The position numbers and the translations under genes are program-made. Below, piece by piece: positions 10,125 through 18,164 of a stretch of 64,000 nucleotides of DNA. The stretch is from an uncultured Burkholderiaceae bacterium (GTDB taxonomy: Bacteria; Pseudomonadota; Gammaproteobacteria; Burkholderiales; Burkholderiaceae_F), in contig CAZDXQ010000016.1 of assembly GCA_964509545.1 (NCBI GenBank), positions 509 through 64,508 of the forward strand. The letters are read 5' to 3'. Position 1 is the first letter of the stretch, and the number at the start of each line of letters is the position of its first letter. Under the pieces are notes generated by a model. The model saw nothing but the letters and a program-made list of their open reading frames with translations, ran no database searches and was not told where the DNA came from.

Positions 10125-11119
10125 CGGGCTCTGATCTCGCTGGCGGCCGCTGCGCCGCCGCGAACGAAGGAGAGCAGGCAAAGGATGCCAAGCAGCATGG
10201 CGAACCACAGCGTCGACAATCGGATCGCAATCGCGGCGGCAACCGCATCGGCCAGCGGCACCCCGACCTGAGATAACTGGTAGACGAGGGCGGCCTCCGT
10301 GGCGCCCAGTCCTCCTGGAATCATGCTCGCCGCGCCCAGCAGCATTGCCGTAGCGAAGATCATCACGCCACGCGCGGCATCCAGGTCGGCGCCGAGGGCC
10401 TGCACGTAGGCTGCAAACACCAGCGCCTGCAGGCCATAAGCGATCACCGCGCAGGCCGAAAAGGCCACGCACGAGCGTACCGACCAGACAGCCGCCCAGC
10501 TGGCTGCCGGCCGCAACGCCGCCGCGACGAACGCTTGCAGTCGCGATGTCGACGCACCGAACAGCCGCGGCAGCCGCGCAAGCCAGCCGCGCCGAACAGC
10601 CCAGGCCACCGCCACGCTGAGCGAGAAAAGCGCAACACAGATCGCTTCGAGGACAGTTGCTCGTTGCCCGGCAACTGCCGCGGCCAACGCTCCCAGCGCC
10701 GCCATTCCGATCACGTCCGCGCCGCGGTCGGCAAGAAATGCTCCCAGGCTTCCCGACAACGGCACGCCTCGCGCGAGAAGCAGCGCGGAGCGCAGCGTCT
10801 CGCCCACCTTGGCGGGTGATGAAGTCAGCGCCAGGCCCGCCAGATACACGCGCAGATTGAACAGCGGCGAGACGCGGGCGCCAAGGCGCCGAATAATCCA
10901 ATGCCAGCGCGCAAAGCGGACAAGGTAGGCGACCGAGGCCATCGCGGTACCGCCGATCACGATCGGCCAGCCGAACCGCGCCATCGCTGCACGACTTTCA
11001 CCGGCACCGGACGCGACAACGGCTGACAGATACAACGCCGCACCGATGCCGACAAAAAGCACGAGCGCGCGGATCCAGGGCCCGCGAATGACGATCGGCT
11101 CGGACACTGCGGCGCTCAC
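10121..11119 (-). CDS. flippase-like / lysylphosphatidylglycerol-synthase-TM-region (UPF0104) family integral membrane protein
   Basis: GTG 11119 (codon 101 of ORF 10121..11419) forms a GTGA overlap with the GtrA stop. About 8 hydrophobic helices. Family call is from general resemblance only. Confidence 0.55.
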   Translation of the reverse strand: MSAAVSEPIVIRGPWIRALVLFVGIGAALYLSAVVASGAGESRAAMARFGWPIVIGGTAMASVAYLVRFARWHWIIRRLGARVSPLFNLRVYLAGLALTSSPAKVGETLRSALLLARGVPLSGSLGAFLADRGADVIGMAALGALAAAVAGQRATVLEAICVALFSLSVAVAWAVRRGWLARLPRLFGASTSRLQAFVAAALRPAASWAAVWSVRSCVAFSACAVIAYGLQALVFAAYVQALGADLDAARGVMIFATAMLLGAASMIPGGLGATEAALVYQLSQVGVPLADAVAAAIAIRLSTLWFAMLLGILCLLSFVRGGAAAASEIRAR

Positions 11120-11544
11120 CGGAACGTGGCCTTCTTGTGGCCGAAATAGCTGGTGATAACCGGCACCGCCACGCCTACCGCATGCGCGATCGCCTCCACA
11201 TGCTCGGTGACGCCAACGGCCGGCAGCAACCAGCGCGCCAACACAAGACTCACCACCAGTGTCTGCAGCACCGCCAGCAGGTTGACCAGCGCGAACTTTC
11301 CGACCTGCGGCGCCAACGCCTTGCCGCCGCCGCCGAACACATATTGGCGCATCAGCACGAATGCCACCGCCATGCCGACGAGGTAGGCGCAGACAATCGC
11401 CATCGGATAGCTGAACCAAAGGCTGAAGCCAAAGCGCGAGCCGTAGTTCGCCGCGGCCGCGATGCCGCCAGCGACGACGAACAGGCCGAAGCGCCTTGCT
11501 TCTGCTCGCCCGTCCGCGCCCGTCGACTGCAGATCAGCGCCCAT
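11116..11544 (-). CDS. GtrA-family small membrane protein (polyprenyl-phosphate-sugar translocation family; cf. Rv3789)
   Basis: 142 aa from ATG 11544. Four hydrophobic segments ([20 protein letters not shown]..., C-terminal [10 protein letters not shown]), typical GtrA size and topology. Confidence 0.68.
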   Translation of the reverse strand: MGADLQSTGADGRAEARRFGLFVVAGGIAAAANYGSRFGFSLWFSYPMAIVCAYLVGMAVAFVLMRQYVFGGGGKALAPQVGKFALVNLLAVLQTLVVSLVLARWLLPAVGVTEHVEAIAHAVGVAVPVITSYFGHKKATFR

Positions 11545-12862
11545 CGGCCATCGCCATCGAGGCGAGCTGCGAACCGATGCGCATGCTTTCGGAAATCGAG
11601 CGGTCCTCCGGGTAGTAGTGCGAGGTGTCGGCCATGAACAAGCCGCGGACCTTGCTCTGCATTGGTGGCAGCGCCGCGTAGAACCCCGGCGAACAGACCG
11701 TCTGCGCAAACTCGTAGCGCGAAGCCGTCGCCGCGAGCAGATCCTTCGCCGGATCGAAGTCAGGACGGATCAGTCTCATGTAACTGAGCGTTTCGTCGAT
11801 GAAGACCTGAAAGTCGCGACGATATTTGGGGTGGCTCTGCGGCATGTAGTAGGGCGCGTACACGATGGCGCTGCCGTCGAGCGGATTGAGATTCGAGTAT
11901 TCGATCAGGCCGGGGATCTCGATGCGCCTGTCGTTGATGTTCATCCAGAAGTTGCGCGTGAACGGCCGGCGCAGCTTCAGAAGAACGCAGACGACGCCGA
12001 CGTTCCTGATCGCGCCGATCTTCGCCTTCTCGTCGGCCGGTACGCCTGGCATCACGCGGACGAGATAGGGCAGCGGAATCGTCGAGATGACCCGGTCGAA
12101 CGGGACCTCGCTGCCGTTGACCCTGACGCCGGCGACGCGACCGTACGCCCCGTCCTGCGCGATTCGGACTTCCTCGACTGCCGCCCTCAGTTCGATAGCG
12201 CCGCCGAGCTCGCGGATTCGCGCGGCCACGGCATCGAGCAGGACCTCCGAGCCGCCGACCAGGTAACCCAGTTCCTCCTCGAAGATGCTTCTGCGCGACA
12301 GTGCGACCCGCTTGATGCGCGTGCCGAGCCAGGCGGCGGAAAGCTGATCCTGCAGTTCGTAGAACTTGTAGTGGAACAGGCTGCGCCACAGCACGTCGTA
12401 GGCGCGTGGCCCGATCCAGCGCTGCAGCCATTCGGTCGATGAAATCGCGTCGTACGTGCGCCAGTCGTCGATGCTCTTGGCGCGCATCACGTGCAGCCCG
12501 TAGCGGAACTTGTCGACCAGCCCGAGCGCCGGGAACTTCAGCAGCGCCAGCGGATGCCCCCAGTCGTACAGGCGGCCGTCAAAAAAGAACCCCATTTTCG
12601 TCCGCACCCAGCGCAAACGATCCTCGAGGCCAAGCTCGCGCAGATAGCCGAAGGTGGTCCGGTCCGGGCGGCAGATGAAGTGGTAGTAGCGTTCGATGCG
12701 CGTGCCGGCAAAGTCGAGCGCCGCCGACATGCCGCCGATGCGATCGTCGCGCTCAAGAACCGTGACCGCGTGTCCGCGCTTGGCCAGTTCGTACGCCGCC
12801 GCGAGACCCATCGGCCCGGCGCCGATGACCGCGACCCTCCGACGCTGCTCCCGTTCACTCAT
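11534..12862 (-). CDS. NAD(P)/FAD-dependent oxidoreductase (amine-oxidase / phytoene-desaturase-like fold), substrate unknown
   Basis: Start ATG 12862 ([44 protein letters not shown], a dinucleotide-binding GxGxxG-x17-E motif). 442 aa. Confidence 0.7.
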   Translation of the reverse strand: MSEREQRRRVAVIGAGPMGLAAAYELAKRGHAVTVLERDDRIGGMSAALDFAGTRIERYYHFICRPDRTTFGYLRELGLEDRLRWVRTKMGFFFDGRLYDWGHPLALLKFPALGLVDKFRYGLHVMRAKSIDDWRTYDAISSTEWLQRWIGPRAYDVLWRSLFHYKFYELQDQLSAAWLGTRIKRVALSRRSIFEEELGYLVGGSEVLLDAVAARIRELGGAIELRAAVEEVRIAQDGAYGRVAGVRVNGSEVPFDRVISTIPLPYLVRVMPGVPADEKAKIGAIRNVGVVCVLLKLRRPFTRNFWMNINDRRIEIPGLIEYSNLNPLDGSAIVYAPYYMPQSHPKYRRDFQVFIDETLSYMRLIRPDFDPAKDLLAATASRYEFAQTVCSPGFYAALPPMQSKVRGLFMADTSHYYPEDRSISESMRIGSQLASMAMADGR

Positions 12863-12896
12863 CGTTGCGCGCGTTTCACCGTTGTTGGCTCGCCAC

Positions 12897-13841
12897 TCAG
12901 TCTGTGCGCTCGACCGTGTAGCGCGAATAGACCGGATGGCAGAACGTCTCGCGAATGCCTTCAACAAACGGCGTCGGCTTGAAGCCGAACGTCTTTTCGA
13001 TATCGACGCCGGAGAAATCGTCGCCGGCTGTCAGCGCCTTCAGCTGGCTCGAAGTGAACGGCGGCCTGTCGCTGAACAACGCGTAAAGCTTCAGCAACGC
13101 ATCGAACAGACCGTAGGGAATGCGAACGATCGGCGTCTTCAGCCCTTTGGCGTCGCGGATGGCGCGGATGATGTCGATGTAGTCGATGCGCTCGTTGCCG
13201 ACCAGGTCGTAGATCTGGCCCACCGGCCGGTTCTCGATGCACCAGATGATGGCCCGGCAGAAATCGCGTTCGTACAGCGGCTGGCGCATGTAACGGCCGT
13301 GACCCGGGATCGGAAAGACGGGAACCCTTTCCATGAAACGCGCAAGCCAGCCGAAGTGCTTGGGATCGAACCAGCCGTACATCAGCGTCGGCCGCAGCAC
13401 GCAGCCGGGCAGGCCGCTTTCCAGGAACATTTTCTCCTGGGCCTTCTTGGTGTTGGTGTAGTCGTCTTCGGCAACGGAGTTGACCACCGAACTGCTCACA
13501 AGGACGGTAAACGGCACCCTGGCGCGGCGGATCGCCTCGAACACGAGTTCCGATGCAACGAGGTTGTTGCGCTCAAAGGGCGCGGAGGTCTTGCCGGTGA
13601 TCTGTGCGTGCAGCACGACCGCCGTATCGGCGCCTTCGAAGTCGCGTTGCCAGTCGCCGGGTTCGGCGAGGTCGGCCTCGATGACCCGAGTACCCCCGTT
13701 CAAGCTCCCGAGCAGTTCAAGGTTACGAGATTGCTTGTCAATAGCGAGAATTTCGGCATAACCCTTCTCGCGCAACAGCACTACGAGGTTCTGACCAACC
13801 AATCCGGCGGCGCCGGTAATGACGGTTTTTCGACCCGGCAT
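12897..13841 (-). CDS. NAD-dependent epimerase/dehydratase family protein (extended SDR)
   Basis: Start ATG 13841 ([23 protein letters not shown] = GxxGxxG). 314 aa. Confidence 0.78.
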   Translation of the reverse strand: MPGRKTVITGAAGLVGQNLVVLLREKGYAEILAIDKQSRNLELLGSLNGGTRVIEADLAEPGDWQRDFEGADTAVVLHAQITGKTSAPFERNNLVASELVFEAIRRARVPFTVLVSSSVVNSVAEDDYTNTKKAQEKMFLESGLPGCVLRPTLMYGWFDPKHFGWLARFMERVPVFPIPGHGRYMRQPLYERDFCRAIIWCIENRPVGQIYDLVGNERIDYIDIIRAIRDAKGLKTPIVRIPYGLFDALLKLYALFSDRPPFTSSQLKALTAGDDFSGVDIEKTFGFKPTPFVEGIRETFCHPVYSRYTVERTD

Positions 13842-14211
13842 CGCGGACGCCTCTTCAGTGAAGCTCAAGCTTCGCCTCAACCACTAACTAGGCGAATGCG
13901 CCGCTCGGGGTGGCGCCCCGCCGCCGAGCGGAAGTGTCTGTCAAGATCATTGCCGAAAGCGATTGGGACAATAATGACGGCGGTTCCCGACAGATGGCTG
14001 CCTCGATTCGCTGGCGAGCATCTTCGAATCGACCTCTTGCCGGCCAAGATCGCGTGGATCATCGGACGTGCGACTTCGTCCACGACTCGCCAGTGAGGAA
14101 CTTAACCGATCCGATCCCGGCTCCCTCGTCGCCATCTCCCTCGGTTATCGATGGTGCCACTTCGTTCATCGGCATAGCATGAAACAACTCACCACTTTCA
14201 CTTCCTTCACT

Positions 14212-15891
14212 TCACCGCCTCGTTACCCCCGATCTCTCAAAACGGAGGCTTCCGAGAACCCACGACAGTTCCCGCTCGTCCGCGCCATCCTTGGCGCGGA
14301 CCGGAGCAAGCACCGTGATCGACCTTGCGCCTCGGGGAAACGCGACACGCTCCGAAAAATCGCCCGCGCGCTTAACCTCAAAAGCACCTGCCAGGGCACC
14401 GTCACTGAATACCTGCACGACGAACATGCCGTCAGGATAAGACGTCAGATTCGGCAACCATCCACTCACTACGACTTCGTCCACCTCAGCATTTGGGACA
14501 CGCAGCCCGAGCCGCGGTCGAATCCACGTCTGCATCTCCTCCTTGTAGTAACCACTAGCGCCCGATTCGTCGATCGAATCGTGCGTTACCACGCTTGGCG
14601 AGTTCTCTTTACAGAAGAGCACCTGGAGATTCTTGACCGCGTGCGGCGATAGACGGACTTTCATGTTGTGCACTGGATGCACAGCACCGTCAGTGCACAA
14701 CCATGATTGGGCCTCCTTCATGCTCAACTGTCGGATCGCAGACACGCGCCACTCTGTCCGGAGCGAGTTCACATAGCCAGCTGCGACCGCTAAGCCAAGA
14801 ATTCCGAGAATTACTGGCCTCTGATAGCGATTCAGCAGAAGCACAGTTCCGACTGCACCCGGCACTAGTAGAGGCACGTAACGAGGCGCCTCGGGTTGAA
14901 AGATTCCGGCCGAGACCCGCGAATACGTCACTCCAAGAATCAGGCAGGCGGTTAGCCCGATACAAAGCAATTCGAACATGGTTGCGGGCCACTCCCTGAG
15001 CGCCCTGAACGTGCAGCTAGCGGTAACTATGGCGACCGCGCCTCCTGCAAGCACTGAAAATATCGGCCATCGACCAACATCGAAAAAAGCATGGGCAATC
15101 ATTCGCAGCGCATGCTCTGTGGCCAACGGAAGCACGAGTTCGCCCGTGCCGACACCGCTGCGCGGCGCGAGCAGTTGCGAAATGCCAAATACCGCCAACC
15201 CGACGCATACGCCAAGGATTACTACCGGCGAATACTGCCGCCCCTTCGTCAGCATCATGAGCGCGCCGCCCGTCAGCACAAGGCTGAAAATGCCAGCGCC
15301 ATTGGATAACGTCGCCAGGAGAGCACATGCCATCGCCCAGGCCACGTGCTTTGGCTTTCCTTCGACAGCGAATCGGCGCGCCGCCGCAAATGCAGCCAGG
15401 CTTGCCGCGAGGAACGCAGCGAAGGCGAGCTGCATCGACCAGTACAAGTTCTCCCACTGCCGAGTGGTCAAGACGAGCAACGCAATTGCTCCGCCAGCGA
15501 ACAGTCCTGCCCAGAGGTCGCCGAAGTCGACACGGCCGAGGACCAATGCAAGTGCCACAAGAAGTAGCGGAACCTGCGCGTAGGACATCCACACCCACGG
15601 AAGATCCAGCTTCACCGTCCCTGCGATGAGCAGTTTCAGGAGAATGTAGGGATGGCCATTGTGCGCGGCCAGAATCTCACTGAAGGATGGAAACTCATTT
15701 CGCGCAAGAGCATCGAACAGGGCGTCGAAGGTCAGTTCGTCCTGAAACGGTGTACCGAAGCCGGCTCGCGAAATCAGCAAGAGCAGGATCAGAGACAGTG
15801 CCATTGAGCCCCCGAGCGCCACGATTCGTAGGGTCACGGGCGTCTTCGCAAGAAGTTCAGCGCGCGCGGACATCAACTTTTCCAGGGGCAC
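14212..15891 (-). CDS. polytopic membrane protein, GT-C-like glycosyltransferase candidate with a ~170-aa C-terminal soluble domain
   Basis: 559-aa ORF (GTG 15891; alternative ATG 15873). At least 10 hydrophobic helices. Acidic QDELTFD motif right after the first helix, where GT-C enzymes carry their D/E motif. No family recognised with certainty. Lower-GC sequence. Confidence 0.5.
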   Translation of the reverse strand: MPLEKLMSARAELLAKTPVTLRIVALGGSMALSLILLLLISRAGFGTPFQDELTFDALFDALARNEFPSFSEILAAHNGHPYILLKLLIAGTVKLDLPWVWMSYAQVPLLLVALALVLGRVDFGDLWAGLFAGGAIALLVLTTRQWENLYWSMQLAFAAFLAASLAAFAAARRFAVEGKPKHVAWAMACALLATLSNGAGIFSLVLTGGALMMLTKGRQYSPVVILGVCVGLAVFGISQLLAPRSGVGTGELVLPLATEHALRMIAHAFFDVGRWPIFSVLAGGAVAIVTASCTFRALREWPATMFELLCIGLTACLILGVTYSRVSAGIFQPEAPRYVPLLVPGAVGTVLLLNRYQRPVILGILGLAVAAGYVNSLRTEWRVSAIRQLSMKEAQSWLCTDGAVHPVHNMKVRLSPHAVKNLQVLFCKENSPSVVTHDSIDESGASGYYKEEMQTWIRPRLGLRVPNAEVDEVVVSGWLPNLTSYPDGMFVVQVFSDGALAGAFEVKRAGDFSERVAFPRGARSITVLAPVRAKDGADERELSWVLGSLRFERSGVTRR

Positions 15892-16011
15892 GGCCGATGG
15901 CCGAGCCGCCGCTGCTTGCAGCGCCGATCGGGACTAAGTACAGACATGCAGGCATCCATGCTTTCGGCGCGGCCAGCTTGAGTAAAGAGCGCGCATCGTC
16001 CTTTGCCGAAA

Positions 16012-16027
16012 ACCCGCGATCGCGGGT
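16012..16027 (-). terminator. possible rho-independent terminator after the methyltransferase gene
   Basis: Perfect palindrome ACCCGCGATCGCGGGT, 23 nt past the stop at 16050. On the minus strand it is followed by TTTCGG. The short U-tract makes it only moderate. Confidence 0.4.
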
Positions 16028-16049
16028 CGCCGTTCACCGCCTCGAAATG

Positions 16050-16838
16050 CTAGACGGCCGACTTTTCTGCGATGACGAATTGCGCCCAGGACGTCCAGGA
16101 CCAGTATGCGAATTGCACCGCGTACTCGTCCTCCTTGTTATCGCGAAAGTGTGCAAGCAGCTCCTCTTCCAGGAACGGATTGCGGACGACGCCTTGCTGT
16201 TCAACAGTCAGGCCGAGCTCCCCAAGCCAGCGGACGACGTCTTCACGCGGTGGGATCCGCAGATGCGTCGAATCGTCAAAGAAGGAAGAGATGATCAGGC
16301 GCACTCCCGCTCGCTCGAGCGTCTCACGACTCGGCAAAGATTGCGATAAGGGAGTTGGCCACTCGACATATAGACGCCCTCCATCCTTCAGCCGGCTGGC
16401 GGCCCACTCCACAAAACCCTGCGGTTCATGGATATGTTCGATGAAGTGTGACGACATGATTGCAGCAAACATCATCCCATCGAAGCCGGGCCGAGACTCC
16501 TCCCAATTGCCGAGCTCGAAGCGCGCGTATCGGTCAAAGTGCGCTCCCTTTTCAAGGGACACCGCATAGAGTTCCAGATCACTCCTTTGCGGCGCGGGCC
16601 AGGTCTTGATCATCGCCAGTGATCCATCGCCGGCGCCCATGTCCAACACCTGGGCATGTCTGGGCAGACTCTTGAGAAACAGCGTGCGCGGATGGGACGA
16701 ATGCATGAATTCGACGGCACTCGTCTTGCTCATCACTGGCCGCCGGTCACGGAAGAACCAGTCAGCGACTTCCCTGACAGTGATGCTCGTCACTTCGTTC
16801 ATATCCCAACCCGATCCGTTGTCTTCTTGCTTTCGCAT
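16050..16838 (-). CDS. class I SAM-dependent methyltransferase
   Basis: 262-aa ORF. Motif I VLDMGAGDGSL. Lower-GC sequence. Confidence 0.75.
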   Translation of the reverse strand: MRKQEDNGSGWDMNEVTSITVREVADWFFRDRRPVMSKTSAVEFMHSSHPRTLFLKSLPRHAQVLDMGAGDGSLAMIKTWPAPQRSDLELYAVSLEKGAHFDRYARFELGNWEESRPGFDGMMFAAIMSSHFIEHIHEPQGFVEWAASRLKDGGRLYVEWPTPLSQSLPSRETLERAGVRLIISSFFDDSTHLRIPPREDVVRWLGELGLTVEQQGVVRNPFLEEELLAHFRDNKEDEYAVQFAYWSWTSWAQFVIAEKSAV

Positions 16839-17138
16839 TTCCGGCGCCTACGCTGGCGCAGTCGCCAATCTGATGCTTGACCGTCCACGCATCGAATTCT
16901 GTTGGCAAGTGTCTCTATCCACATTCAGCACAAACATTTCGGCATGCAGCCGTCAGTCACGCGAGCGAACCGTCGAGCTACCGCCCTACCGTACTCACGT
17001 GCGAAACGCCGTCGATGCCAACCTCATCGCGTCAATGCACAAAGCGGCGTTGAGTTGCTCATTGGGAACCCTGTTCTCTTCGGAACCAAGGCCAGTCGAA
17101 AAAATTTGCCGACTGCCACCTGTGCTCGCACCCCGCCG

Positions 17139-18164
17139 TCAAGCTTTCGCCCTCGCTCGACGCTCACCAGTTTCAGCCAAGAAGTGCGCCGCCTGAATAA
17201 GGCGATCCGCGGTGATCGAGCTGTTGTCTGCATGCTTGCTGTAAGAACAGTAGTCAGGCGATGTCGACGTGACCTTGGCGAGTAGGCCGAAGCCGTCAAT
17301 CTCCGCCGCCGATGTCGGCGCAAAGAAAGCTACCGACTTCACACCCTGGGCAATGCCTAGATGCATGGCGAGACTATCGCTTGTGATCAACAAATCGAGG
17401 CGCCCGATCAATGCGGCCATCCGCAAGACGGAATCATTGGTGTTCGGCACCAGAAGCGGCAGTCGCGAACGCGTCGCCGCGATTTCCAAATTGCGGTCGC
17501 GGTCGTTGCCGGCGCCGAAGAGCACTACGGCACATCCTTGGCCAAACGGTCCATGACCGGCCAGCAATGCGTCGATAAGCCTGATCAGTTCCGGCAGGCG
17601 CAACTCCTTCGACGGCCAGCGCCCACCGGCGAAGGGATTGATCCCAATGAGTGACTGATACGGTCGGAACGAAGTGGCCGCCCACTCGTTCAGGTGCGGA
17701 TTGCCGTAGAAGACTGGCTCTACGCTCGCTACCCCAAAGAGATCGCAATGGATCTCGGCGTGCCCTCTCGTGTTGAGCTTCTTGAGTTCATCCGCACGAG
17801 CCTTGCCAAATCGCGACAGCAGGCCCATATCGAACCAGCCCGCAGCATCGTCCGTGTAGGTCGGCCGCCCATTCCGCAACAGCGCGCCGGTTATCTCGCT
17901 CGTCTTTAGCTGTGCGACGTCGTCGAGGACATCCAACTCGTCGTCAAGCGAAAAGATGCGGTCGAACGAAAAAACACGCGCCTCGGCAAACGACGTCCAG
18001 ATGTCATCGATCCACGGATTGAAGCGCAGAAGCGGCACCGATTCCGGTGCTGTCAGCCAAGACAATCGCAGGCCTTCGCCAAATCTCCTGCGCAGCGCTC
18101 TGGCGAAGTAGGATGTCCGCACGACGTCGCCGAGCGCTCCGTGCTTGACGATCAGAATCCTCAC
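17139..18164 (-). CDS. glycosyltransferase family 9 (heptosyltransferase-like)
   Basis: 341 aa. N-terminus MRILIVKHGALGDVVRTSYFARAL is typical of GT9. GTG start overlaps the upstream stop (GTGA). Confidence 0.75.
   Translation of the reverse strand: MRILIVKHGALGDVVRTSYFARALRRRFGEGLRLSWLTAPESVPLLRFNPWIDDIWTSFAEARVFSFDRIFSLDDELDVLDDVAQLKTSEITGALLRNGRPTYTDDAAGWFDMGLLSRFGKARADELKKLNTRGHAEIHCDLFGVASVEPVFYGNPHLNEWAATSFRPYQSLIGINPFAGGRWPSKELRLPELIRLIDALLAGHGPFGQGCAVVLFGAGNDRDRNLEIAATRSRLPLLVPNTNDSVLRMAALIGRLDLLITSDSLAMHLGIAQGVKSVAFFAPTSAAEIDGFGLLAKVTSTSPDYCSYSKHADNSSITADRLIQAAHFLAETGERRARAKA

Noticed and set aside
13842-18164. Mobile-element hallmarks (transposase, integrase, tRNA target, flanking direct or inverted repeats) around the lower-GC island.
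   Set aside because: None was found by eye on either strand. The three long gaps contain no ORF with recognisable motifs. The island is therefore reported only as a compositional anomaly.
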